A stretch of DNA of 64,000 bases, taken from Antedon mediterranea. Taxonomy: Eukaryota > Animalia > Echinodermata. The DNA lies in the NCBI RefSeq assembly GCF_964355755.1, contig NC_092675.1:1855812-1919811 (forward strand), in the 5' to 3' direction. The notes beneath the pieces are model-generated. The model saw only the letters and a list, made by a program, of their open reading frames with translations, had not been told where the DNA came from and did no database searches. A program made the translations under genes and the position numbers. Below, piece by piece: positions 39,973 to 53,000 of the stretch (position 1 is its first letter; the number at the start of each line of letters is the position of its first letter).

Positions 39973-42900
39973 ATGAAAATCAAAGTAGCGTCTTTTATCT
40001 TGAGTGTCTTGCTGACTTTTGGACCTATTGTTCAGTGTAAACAACGTGAGTTATACTTCTATATTATAATTTCATAGGGCTAGCTAGGATAGGCCTAGCC
40101 TAGGCCTAGGCCTAGGTCTACACAATTTACCCTTTTGATGCACTGCCGATCAATTACTATGTTCGTAAGTTTGAACCTAGGAAGCCCCAAGCATACGACT
40201 AACAGGGGTGGTGGTGGTGATACAAATTCCTTAGATCCCGTGCACGTGTGATTCGTATATTATTTGTGAATTCTAATTAACTTTTTAATTCCAGTTGGTA
40301 AGAAATACCCACCATGGGTGAAAGAGCTTCGGAAAGATGCAATGGAGCAAATGAAAGAGTACATATATAACTTCATAGACAATGACATCGGTGACATTAT
40401 CGACGATGTAAAGAGCGGAAAGGTACCACCAGAGGATATTCCCGGAAAGCTCAGTCAATATGGTATTTTCCTGGACGCCCCGGGCGAAGAAATTGCGTCA
40501 ACTATACGTGAAAAATTCAATGATAATTCAAACAATTTGGAAAAAAATGCCGAGCATAAAGGGATAAATGAGAATAACGAGGTTAAACAAAGTAGAAAAG
40601 ATAAAAACGAACGTGTTCAAGAATTAGAAGAAATTGAGAATATAGTGAAAAAAATGGTGAGCGGTGGTGATTCCCCTAAAAAAGATGATTTATTGTCCGC
40701 AGTAAAAGAGGCGGCATATAAAGGAGATGTGGATGATCCAGAAAAACGAAAAGAAATGTTTGATGTTGTTTACAACTTGATGGATAATGTCAAAGAGAAA
40801 CAAACTGATAAAGATGCTATCGGGCGCCTTGTTGACGACAACGACATCGACATGAACAAAAAAGAAAAGCAAGCTTTTGTAAAGAACGGTGACCTCAGAG
40901 AAATGGAAAAGGTATCAAAGGTTGGCATGAGTGATCGTAATGATATAAAGGATTCTTCCTATTATAACTCTAGAAACAGTGACAATGTCAATAAAGAAGA
41001 GACAGATAAGTTAGAAGAAATCGTTAAAGATTCAGTGAAATCTGACGGTGACAATCAAGAACATTTAAAGGAAAAAGAAGATAATCATGATGGTTATGAT
41101 AATGAACGGTTAGAAAAGAAAAGAGATAAAGATGACAAGAAAGATAAAGATATGGAGAAAGAAATCGATGATGATGAGGTAGAAGAGTTGGAGAACGTCG
41201 ATTTGGATGAGGAAGAGGAAGATGATGTTGATGAAAAAGATCAAAATGAGCAGCACCAGGGTGACAAGTTGGAAGCATTAGAGAAGAAATTGCACGAGGA
41301 GCAACAGGAGGAGGATGAACAGGAAGAAGATAATGGAGAAGAACAGAGCGAGAAGCAAGATAAAGAGTTTAAAGATGTAAACGAAAAGAATTTGGAAAAG
41401 GAAGAAGATGAAGAGAACGAAGAAAAAAGTACAGAGTTAAAAGAAGATGAGGATGATCGTAAAGATAAATCGGAAGAAGGTGATACAAAAGAGAAGGAAA
41501 TTAAGCATGGGGAAAACGGGAATGATAAAGAGGAAAAGGAAAAAGAAAAGAAGGGAAAGAAAAAGAAAGACAAAGAAAAGAAAAATAAAGAAAGAAAAAA
41601 GAAGAAAAAACGTAAGAAGAAAGATGATAAAAAAGAGAAACGCAAATCTTCTTCAGATGACAATAACAAGGAAGAAAAGATGAAAATTATCGATAAAATA
41701 AAGAAAGCTTTTCATCGCAGACGTCAAAGAAGAAACATCGGGGACTCGTTTGATTGTGAAGGTGAAGAAGAGACAAGAAGTCGCACTATTCCCGCCGTTA
41801 CTTACCGTGGAGAAGATCTTCTTCTTCCGTGTGATCAGTGGTAAGAAGCATATTCAACGAATTTTAACTATTAAAAAGTGTTGTAAACTGTATTGAATAA
41901 CAAAATAAAGTTAAGCAGTTATCTACATCGTTTGTTGGTTTTTATAACTTGTGATTATTTTGATTATCAATATCACCAAATGATATTTGATTTTACACTC
42001 GAATACTTTTCTTGAATACCATTTATAAATTATTAAAATGTATTAGCATGAACATTTCAATAAAATGTATGCCTTCATACATGGTTTAAAAGAAAATTAC
42101 AATAGAGATACTAGACTATTCCCGTTCGATGTTTTCTAAATTCTAAAAAAAGAAAAAAACAATCCATTATGCCCGTATTAATGTTACTGTCTCAATTTTG
42201 ACCATTCTCACTGCGCTCTTGTAATACAAATCCAGTCATACTTCACTTTTTGATTATTCTTCCAATATTCTACTCTGTCTACACTATCAAACAGACAATC
42301 AGACAAAAAAATGTGATGTGCACATGACATGATGATTTCATATCACTACCGTATTTGGGCATATTACTACGATATTTAAGAACATCACAATTCTTTGGCC
42401 AAACTAGTTTGCTTTATGCTTCCTTAAAATACACAAGCAGCTTTGTCATTGGCTACATGTGGTTTTTGAGTGGTACACAATTTGCATACACAACATAGAG
42501 GTGCATAGTGCATAGCACGCACATTCTTATATGCATTTTATTTCTATTGAAGTATCACGGGACCGCAGAAAGCCGGAGTTAAATGGGAGAGAAAGATAAA
42601 GGGCAAAGTGAAGACTATTACATTTGACGACAATGAAGATGAAAGCAAAAACCGTTACATTTTAACACCGTATAATGAACTAATGATAAAACAAATTAGA
42701 CTTTCAGAAAAAGGCGTATATTATTGCTGGACTAACAGGTAAATAAATAAATAAGTATCACTTCTAAATGTTACCCGATTCTTTAATACTACAATATTTG
42801 CCTACTATCATAGGAATATTTGGTAATACTGTCATCTCGTACTTGTATCACATGCAGCGGTGCCTGTACCATGTAATGCTAGTTTAAAGATTAGGTTATG

Positions 42901-45900
42901 GTATGTGACAGTAGGAGATACATGTGAAATATGTATTACCGATATTCTTATGAGAAATCTAGATACAGTACCGGGAACCGGGTACAAACACGTACTGTTG
43001 GTTGTTGTTGTGTATAAATATATTAAGCTCTGTTCACATTATAAAATTAGTTTGACAATAAAAGTGTGATGTGCCCAAATGTGGTAGTGATATGACGTCA
43101 TCGTGTCCATATATGGGCACATCACATAAGTTTGATAGAGCTTTAAACACTCAAATGATTATCATCACCACGACACAAATCCGCCGTCACAGGAATAATA
43201 CCAATCTCCTGATCGGTTTCTTTCTTCTGTTTTTTTTGTACGATGTTGCTTTTCTCTTGCTGTTACTGACAGTATTTCTGTATTACTTTAAATATAGTTT
43301 TAAAAACAGCACATACATTCTTAATGTAAAAAAGCCAGGAAAGCTTCACACTGTAGATTTAGATGCCAAAGAAAAGCCATATGCTATAAAAATGCGTAAA
43401 GATGACGAAGGTTTGGAAGAAGAGTACGTATACACGATTTGGGGCGAGTGGAACCGATGTAGTGCGTGTAACGTTGCTGGTGAACGGAGACGTTTTGGTA
43501 AGAACAATGAACACTCTGTTATTACAATAGAAATTAAAACATCAAAAACAGAATATACAGAGAGAAACATCATCTAACCTAATTTAGTCTATGTTTACAC
43601 AAAACCCGGATCCGGTCGGGTGACAGGACAAATTTTGAGCTGCTTTGTATGGAATCCATGTAAACGCGCTTCTATTATTTGTTATTTGCATTCTCCAGCG
43701 CCACCGGATCCGGGCAGTGGTGTGTGAACGTAATTTTAAGTAGGGAAGCTCTTTTGAAAATGTATCTTTTTGGTATTAGGGTTCTGCTTTATAAAATTAA
43801 ACCACGAAGAGTATTTTGGATCCGTGCCATGTGGTAGTGCAGAAGCCAAACGTTACGACAACAAGAATTCCAAGCGTTTGGATGAAGTTCTCGTTGAAAG
43901 GTGTGACATCACCTGCAGCGATGGTTCGTTAGTTCGCTTCTTTCCAATTCAAATACTAATAATAGGCCTAATGCATGGAATGATGTAATACACCAATGTA
44001 CTACACTGGTCGTATATCGGGCCTGACAAGAACGTTCCGAATTATATTTGTCAGACGGATTCGTAATCTGACATGACCTAGATGTTAAGTTTCTATTATT
44101 TGTTTAGCTGACTGGCTTCTTTTCAAGTATTTTGACATTTGAGTCATTGTCTATTTTAATTACTAATGATTTTGTTTACATATTTCTTTTAGCTCAAAAA
44201 GCTTATGGTATTCTAGAGAAGATGAACCTTTTAAAGGAATTAAATCTAGGTAAGTATCTCGCAATTAAAAGGAACTGGAATGACCGTACACTTTAGCCGA
44301 GACAAATATGATTATTTTAGATTTTATAATAATAAATAGTCCTGTGTGAAAAAACATTAATTTGTTTATACCTATATCAAACATAATTTTGAAATAGGAA
44401 TCCTTTAAGCAAAACTAAAGCTAAATCTCTTTTCTATTGAGCGAAATTATTCGCGTGAAACGAAAGCGTTGGTTTATGCACATGCGTATTCATACTTCTG
44501 TCGATGCGGATAACAAAAATGAGCAACCAATTAGATCTTTGGAATATTTGATTCATGCGAATGGATTCGCCCAGTTGAACGAATTATATCAATACCTTGA
44601 ACATTTACACGCGAAGATTTATTTTATTAAAATTAGTAGCAATTTATGTTAAATTCTTTAAGCTTAAACTACATTGTGATTAAAGACTCTGAACATTCTT
44701 GATTATTAAACATGTTTTATTTCAAATTAAAACGAATAATCCAATACACTTCAAGGGCATAATGAAATAGAACATGAAATATTATTGTTTATCAGGATAA
44801 AAATTTTCAATTTAATTGCGATTTTTTAATTGTATCCTGTCAACCGGCGCCTTAAAATAAATGTTAAAGAAATAGGATAAATAGCGTGAGAACTCTCTTA
44901 ATAAAATTAATAGCAATATGGCCATGAAGGCTCTTTTTGGAGATGAGATAACCCGATTTCATCTGCGACTTGTCGAAAATGCAAAGAAAAACAAATATTT
45001 AGGTCTAATCATGGACGAATAAGACAGTGTTCATGGTCTAATAATTATATTTTTGTTTTACAGTAAAACAACGCCTGAAAGTTCATTCCGGTGACAATAT
45101 AAGATTAAAATGTTTAGGGTAAGTTAAAATATAAACTCAATTCAGTGAGATTGTAACTGCGTAACTCTAGATTCTCTTGAATTGAATTGAATTGAATTGA
45201 GATTTGGTTTAACTATAGTAAGGTTATACTGTCAACTGAAACATTTTATATAGTTAAATGAATGGTTAATATTGCAAGGCAAGACGGACATATCTACACC
45301 ATCAAACTAGTTTGAGAGTTTTTTTGAAAAAAAAGTATGGTAGTAAAATGACATGATCGTGCCCATACATGGGCACATCACATTTCTTTGATTTGATAGT
45401 GTAGACAGATTCTTTAGGTTGATTCATGGATGTCGGTCGAGTTAACACACAGCAAAGGTTTTTATTTTAGATAGTTAACCTCCTTGGCGTGCCATAGTTG
45501 GAAGAGATTAGAATTGACGCATAAAACGTGATTTTACGTAATAGCTCATGCTACTTTTTTTCTACATAGAACATCGGTCGACGACCCTGTTGGATGGAGA
45601 AACGGTTCAACTGAGCTTAATCTTCAAGAAGTTCGTAAAGGCAAGGGCCATCTCAAAATAACAATGGCCCACGCGTTGATTATCATCAATATTAACAAAA
45701 CGGACAGTGGCGAATATGATTGTCACGTTGGCGGCGAACTGAGAGCCACATACGTATTGACAGGTATAGTAGGCCTTACTAGAAAAAATACCCCTCCCCT
45801 CTCCCACACTCACTACATGGTAGTTTTCAATAACAAAACACTTCTCCCTCCATCAATGGATTCTCGGTCCTCCCCTGCCTACTTAGATTTCATCAGCACG

Positions 45901-47331
45901 TTTGCCAGTACAAATCGTTGCTGAATCATAACCCTCTTTTGTAATAATTTATCTCTGTACGGTCCCTGTACAAAGAAATGGTGGATTTCGGCATTAACTT
46001 GGTATAATAGATTTACTATTGACGAAAGATTATACTATATATCTATTGCTTAGTTTACACTTTTCCTTGTTTTTGTTTTATATTTTACAGTAACTGATCC
46101 ACTGATAGATCGTAAAGGTAAGTTTATTGTTATAATTCGTGTGTGTCTATGAGCATAGAACGTCATAGAACCATTGCCATACCAAGCCTAGTATATTGCA
46201 TAGTATATTGCATAGTATATTGCATAGTATATTGCATAGTATATTGCATAGTATATTGCATAGTATATTGCATAGTATATTGCATAGTATATTGCATAGT
46301 ATATTGCATAGTATATTGCATAGTATATTGCATAGTATATTGCATAGTATATTGCATAGTATATTGCATAGTATATTGCATAGTATATTGCATAGTATAT
46401 TGCATAGTATATTGCATAGTATATTGCATAGTATATTGCATAGTATATTGCATAGTATCGAGATCTCGTCATAATCAACAATGACTACATTGTTACAATT
46501 GTTCTATTATCATCATCCTAATTAACATCATTATCATAGTCATTTAAAAACTAACATACCATCCTTATTAATTTACTTATCATCAAATCAAATACGACCA
46601 GAGTGGCTCCTCCAAGGAATAAATCGATTAGCAGGTCCCAACAAAGCTCCATTCCAAATGTGGTGCTTTTTTCCAAAATGTAAGGTTTCCTCAACATTTG
46701 TTTTCATCATCAGCACTAATATCTTCACTTCCCTTATCGTTATTCAATTATGAACAATGTTTGTCAAATTATTAATATATCTCTGCTAATTTTTGTTGTA
46801 ATATAGCCTAATAGTGGGTTTTAATATTTACCAGATAAAACCATAATTTAAAGAACAAATAGTCAAATTCTTGTCTCTATAAAATATTAATTATAAAATT
46901 ACATTTGACTGTTTGGTGGGTCTTTTATAAGCAAAATAATGATAAAAATGTCGATTAGTTTGGAAAAAGTGAATAACCTTATTACAAGTAAAAAATAGTA
47001 AAATTTTAATTTTGATTTTTATATTTGAAGAAAATACATCTTTAATGTTTAGAAATCACTGTAACTTCATTGTCATCATCTGATTAATACTATTTATTGC
47101 ACAGGTCTAACGGCATCTTTCTACTACATGTCAAGTTTGTTCGTGGTTTATTTTGTAATGTTTGTTGCACTCATGGTAATGAAGCACCTTCATCGTCTCA
47201 CAGTTCGAAAATTAAAAGACGACAGTAAAAAGAGAAAAGAGAGAAAAAAGAAAGCAAGGTTGAAAAAGAAAGCGAAGTTGAAATCCAAATCAACACCAGC
47301 TAAACCTAAGATTGCCTTACCCAATGTATAA
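39973..47331 (+). CDS. FAM187A: FAM187A-like Ig-domain type-I membrane protein with a long charged N-terminal extension
   Basis: Exons 39973-40045 (signal), 40295-41840, 42553-42738, 43298-43497, 43780-43923, 44193-44249, 45064-45118, 45570-45762, 46091-46117, 47105-47331. AVTYRGEDLLLPCDQC Ig1; YTIWGEWNRCSACNVAGERRRFGFCF..VPCGS..VERCDITC; Ig2 (DSGEYDC); TM; Lys-rich tail. This matches the FAM187 architecture. Confidence 0.78.
46189..46457. repeat. 12-bp tandem repeat (tagtatattgca) x ~22
   Basis: Perfect intronic array. Confidence 0.97.
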
Positions 47332-47526
47332 TTCTGACTTATTCTGAAGGAGGCCTGCCGCCATGTAGCCTTACTGGACGCTGACTTGGATGGCTAACAT
47401 TGTCGCCTCCAGGCCTGGCGTATATATAGTCATATTTAAACATCTAGTGTATACCTAGATAGTTCAATGTATGTATGTATGAATGTATGTATGAACGACG
47501 ATAACATGAATAAGCGACAAAAAATA

Positions 47527-47592
47527 ATACCCCTTTCACACCAAAACTCCGGAGTGATCTCCGGAGTTTTGCTTTTGGTGAGAAAGGGCTAT
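47527..47592. mobile_element. 66-bp palindromic mini-MITE
   Basis: ccctttcacaccaaaactccggag..ctccggagttttgcttttggtgagaaaggg; related copy at ~1762-1822. Confidence 0.55.
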
Positions 47593-49139
47593 TCATGGAC
47601 GTTCTCATGCTTCAACATCTTCAGCATCCCCTCCGGGAGGTTAGAGAAATATATCAACCAGGCTACAATGAATCATTACTATTATAGTTAATCATGTTCA
47701 GTCACAAAAAAGGTTCCAAAAATTAATAATTTAGTTTGGGCCAGTTAAGTTGACCGGAAGTATGTGGGATGGTTACCGTGTCTTTACCGCATGGATCCTA
47801 TCGTGTCCTTACCGCACTGATCCTCTCGTGTCCAAACACACTGCGAATCATCCTATACAGAGTAATGACGTATACACAGGTCAAATAGAAATACAACTAA
47901 ATAAAATATATAATACAATAAATAATAATGAGATTGATGATTATATAGCCAGTAGATGTGTTATGTCTAATGTTCTGGCTGCACTATCAAACTTCATGTG
48001 ATGTGCCCATATATGGACAGGATTACGTCATATCACTACCATATTAGGGCACGTCACAACTTTTTGGTTAAAATAGTTTGATAGTTTAGAAAGAGCTTTT
48101 AAAGACAATAAACTACAGGACTGCTTTGTGTCAAGTGAACATACATGTATCTGCAATTATGATTGGATATAGAAACAGTAACCCATGTGTTGTTTATTGA
48201 CATAATAGTTCCACCAGAATTATCTGGTGTGACAACATAATAGGCAAATACGTGTGTTTTGAGCCCTAGTATTTCGTCAAATGTTTGCAACGAAGAATTT
48301 TCTGATTTAAAATTATTACCATAACAAATGAACGCCATTACGAAGCAAAATACACATAATTGTGTCTATTCGTGAAGTGGAAACATGTTATTTGTATCTA
48401 GGCCTAGGTTGATGTTTTAAATCTTCTACGTAATCGGTGGGGTTTATTGACACGACTTGGACCCCGACCAGCTAGTGGTATGCGACAGATTAATGTTATT
48501 AGAGGACATTGCAGTATTGACGCTTATGTAAAACAGCTCAGGATGAATCATCTTCCCCTTGTATTGTTTCATAGATAAAATACTTTGTTATTAGGGTACT
48601 CGCTCTAATGATTCTATCCGAACAAATTAACGTATTAAAACATAATCAAATTATATCAGTGACGTATCCATCCTTATCCGGCCTCTCCTTAGTAAAAGAA
48701 AAATAAAGTATATATCACAGTAACTCAAATATTTATTTGTTTGTTATATACTTTATTTGTTATATTTTTGCATCCATGCGCGCACATAGAGGGTATCAAA
48801 ATGACCGAAATTGCCCCAAGGTTTTAAACGGCATTTGAAAACCATTCGCCTGTTGGGTCAATGGCGGCAAAATGGAGTCTGAAATCCCAATTTTTCACGA
48901 CATGTTTATTATGCATGTTTAAAATTATTATTTTTCAGGGGGTATCATGACGACCGGAATTGCACTGGAAAGGTTTTAAGCTGCATTCGCTCTGGCCGTA
49001 TAACAAATGTGAATTAAACAAAAAAGAATAAATTTAATTGTCATGATATGTTTAAAGATGAAAATCATTCGTTTCAATTTGAAAAGGTAAACAAAATGAA
49101 ATGAAGCAAAGATGCCACATTTGCCTAATAATAATCACG

Positions 49140-49400
49140 GTGGATGGCCGAGCAATATAGGCATAGGTTCGAGGCCGACTCGCTCCTGGTTCTGGTGGTG
49201 GAACAAGTCTTCTCGGATAAGGACTATAAACCGTAGGTCCAGAGTGCACATTTTGGTGAAAAAGAATCCAGTTTACTATTCGAAACGAGTAGGAGATCAC
49301 CCCGGTGAACTGGTTCACAAAATAGCCCATGTTTGGAAGGATTACCACCTATTTAATAAGACAGTGATGATCAATTCCATATTTGGTAATCCTTGGCCAC
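49140..49400 (+). mobile_element. Second copy of the Deu/Nin-like SINE
   Basis: tggccgagc..ggttcgaggc..gttctggtggtggaac..tcggataaggactataaaccgtaggtcc, matching 32730-33055. Confidence 0.65.
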
Positions 49401-49878
49401 ATTTGTCTTAAAGATGTATTTTTCCCCAAAAACATAAAAAATAAAGATTAATTAAAATCAGACTTTGAATAGGCCATTTTGTAGACTTAACAAAGTTAAT
49501 CACTTCCGTAGAAAAAAACGCCAAGAAAATGTTTTTGATGTGGTATATAAATGTGGATAGACTTCAGAGTACTATTAGTGTTAGGATGAATGGTATATTG
49601 TTTCTACAGGGTAATTATTTGTGTTGTGTGAAAAGTTTGATTTAAAAATAAAGATTATGTGCCTGGCTCATAATGTAAAGTGACGTCAGACACGTCGTTT
49701 CCGTTTGCGCACAGTCGCAGCCTTGGCAATAATCAGCAAGAAAAAAAAATCACCCCAAAAATTATTTTTGTCAGATTACTGTATTGACCTTTAAGTCAAT
49801 GCTAAATCTATAAACGTCAATTCCATAATTTCCTCGAAATTATTTAAATATTCATACGTCAATATTTTATAATTCTCT

Positions 49879-49888
49879 TATATATAAG
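49879..49888 (+). promoter_or_regulatory. Candidate TATA box for the secreted repeat protein gene
   Basis: tatatataag ~150 bp upstream of ATG 50036; the AT-rich context weakens the call. Confidence 0.3.
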
Positions 49889-50035
49889 TGAGATTTAATA
49901 GAGGAACATTTTATAAACAACGCCAATATAAACTTCGTACTATATCTTATGCAGAGTCTGAACATTTTGTTGAACGATAGTAGTTGAATTGAATATAACC
50001 TACTTAATACAAAGGCTGCCTTTGGAAGACTAATA

Positions 50036-53000
50036 ATGAGAGCTCTTTTTTATATTACATTATTAGCGTTACCGCTAATTTTTGCTACTCCTACTAGAAA
50101 TCGTAGAGATGATAACGATGATAGTGAAGAAAACGGTGCAATAAGAAGGGCTGGAGGTAAGACATAATAATTTTAATTGTGTTATCAAATTAATAATTGT
50201 TTGCTATCTGGTGGTTGTCATAATACCACCGCACACCTGTAAAACAAGTTGAATACAGTAGTAGTTTTATTCAAATGTTGTCGATATATGTTGTCAAGTT
50301 AACCAATTGTGATTTAAAAATACATTTTTTATGGATCGTAACAATTAAATTAATAATAATTAATTATCATCAATGCTATAAACATATTTTTTTGTTATAC
50401 TACTATTAAAAATCAGTCTGTTATACTTCTTAACATACTGTAGAATTACAATGATGGTCATCACCACTCACATCTATGCCATCAATATTCATCAGATGGT
50501 TATTAAAGGTTGCTCCTATGAAATTCATATTTATTATCTTTATCATGAACCTAATTAGGGTCATAGTTGGAGGCCTTAACTGACACGAAAGGCATTAGTA
50601 AAGCAATTTGATATTTAATAATAAATATAATTCTGTTTCCGTTTTATAAATAAAAATTCATGATTCAACGCAATTGGTCAAATAACGATATAAACAATAA
50701 TGCACCTGTTCATTGTTTATTCCAAAAAGTGAAACAAAACAACTGTAATTTTACGTCTCTGCAATTATTGTTTTGTTTTGTTTTCGATTTCAATCAATTT
50801 CTTTTATTTCAGAAATATTTCACTATCAAAAGACTAATAATTTACGAAAAGAAAAAACAAATTCGCATCATTTAGGATAGAATTGTTGATATTTGTTTTT
50901 CCGTTATGTTTTATCTTTGTATGAGACAAGCACTATTATTTCCACTTGTTTTGTGGACGAAATAAAGTTATCTTATAGAATACTTATCTATAATGTCTAT
51001 ACGCCATCTACAATGTATTTTTGAGTTATGGAGCATATATTTGCTGTTCTTGTAAATTAGCAGAGAAGATCATATTCGATTAGCTGGTTAGATACACTTA
51101 AACGTTCACATGCACATGTATTGGAACCCACCACTATGTCGATCCGTAACCGACGTGACGCCCATAACAACCCCGTCCCCACTTCACGCAATTCACAGGA
51201 TTTGAACCCACCACTGTGTCGATCCGTAACCAAGGTGACGCCCATAACAACCCCGTCCCCACGTCACGCAATTCACAAGATTCGAACCCACCACTGTGTT
51301 GATCCGGAACCGAGGTGACGCCCATAACAACCCCGTCCCCACGTCACGCAATTCACAAGATTCAAACCCACCACTGTGTCGATCCGTAACCGACGTGACG
51401 CCCATATCCACGTCCCCACGCCACGCAATTCACAGGATTTGAACCCGTCACTGTGTCGATCCTTAACCGACGTGACTCACATAACAACCCCGTCCCCACG
51501 TCACGCAATTCACAGGATTCGAACCCGTCACTGTGTCGATCCGTAACCGACGTGACGCCCATATCCCCGTCCCCACGCCACGCAATTCACAGGATTCGAA
51601 CCCGCCACTGTGTCGATCCTTAACCGACGTGACGCCCATAACAACCCCACGTCACGCACACAAACGGTGGATGTCTCCTACGTGAGTCCTATGTCCTAAT
51701 TTATATTTTATTTGTAAAATCGAAAGCGTCCGACCATATGATGACTCAATTAAAGGATTACAGTTTTCACGCAAAAGGCTGTAATGAAAGGTTGTAAATT
51801 ACAAAAACAAAATTACAAAGTTATTTGTGTATGGTTATTTTTTAAGACAGGAATTTTTATTTCAGGCGTGTAATTATAATAGTACATTTAAATCTTAATT
51901 GGAATTTTTTTTATTTTATTTTACGCCTTTGTAGAATAATCTAAGGCTAGAAACATTGTCTACAATTTGTAAAATGCACAGTTTTCCCCGTATACATTAG
52001 ACAGTGTAATCTTATAAAAATAGTACGTGATATAGAAACTTTTCTTAAAATATGTATTTGTTGCTTTTACAGGTCAAAGGAATAATCCATCATCTTATAG
52101 AAAAAGACCAAATTTGAATTCACCGACTAGATATCGTGGCTCAAATGAGAGACAAACGAATCAAAACTCTCAGAATTTTCAGCAACAACAAAAACAACGA
52201 CGACGACAACAACAACGACAACAACAACAACGACAACAACAACAGGTGAATAGAGGAGGAGGGGGGGACGACGACAGCAGTGAAGAAGAAATAGAGCAGT
52301 TTTCCAGTCAATTTAGCATGGGCGTGATTGTAACTAATGAAAGAATAATAAATGAGGTTGCAGCTGGTGGTGACAGTAGTGCAGAAGAAACGCAGCAGAC
52401 TGCGGCAAATGTAGGTGGTGCACAACCAGTTGTTGCTGCTGACGTTGCAGCTGGTGGTGACAGTAGTGCAGAAGGCACGCAGACGACTGCGGCAAATGTA
52501 GGTGGTGCACAACCAGTTGTTGCTGCGGACGTTGCAGCTGGTGGTGACAGTAGTGCAGAAGAAACGCAGCAGACTGCGGCAAATGTAGGTGGTGCACAAC
52601 CAGTTGTTGCTGCTGACGTTGCAGCTGGTGGTGACAGTAGTGCAGAAGAAACGCAGCAGACTGCGGCAAATGTAGGTGGTGCACAGCCAGTTGTTGCTGC
52701 TGACGTTGCAGCTGGTGGTGACAGTAGTGCAGAAGACACGCAGAAGACTGCGGAAAATGTAGGTGGTGCACAACCAGTTGTTGCTGCTGACGTTGCAGCT
52801 GGTGGTGACAGTAGTGCAGAAGACACCGAGCAGACTGCAGCAAATGTAGGTGGTGCACAACCAGTTGTTGCTGCTGACGTTGCAGCTGGTGGTGACAGTA
52901 GTGCAGAAGACACCCAACAGACTGCAGCAAATGTAGGTGGTGCACAACCAGTTGTTGCTGCTGACGTTGCAGCTGGTGGTGACAGTAGTGCAGAAGAAAC

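Noticed and set aside
40690-41683. Overlapping ORFs within the charged exon
   Set aside because: Low-complexity shadows of the main frame.
46143-46484. YCIV/MQYT/HSIL repeat ORFs
   Set aside because: Translations of a 12-bp intronic satellite.
51057-51562. Several 62-72 aa ORFs and possible tRNA genes
   Set aside because: Minisatellite products; the units lack a full cloverleaf.
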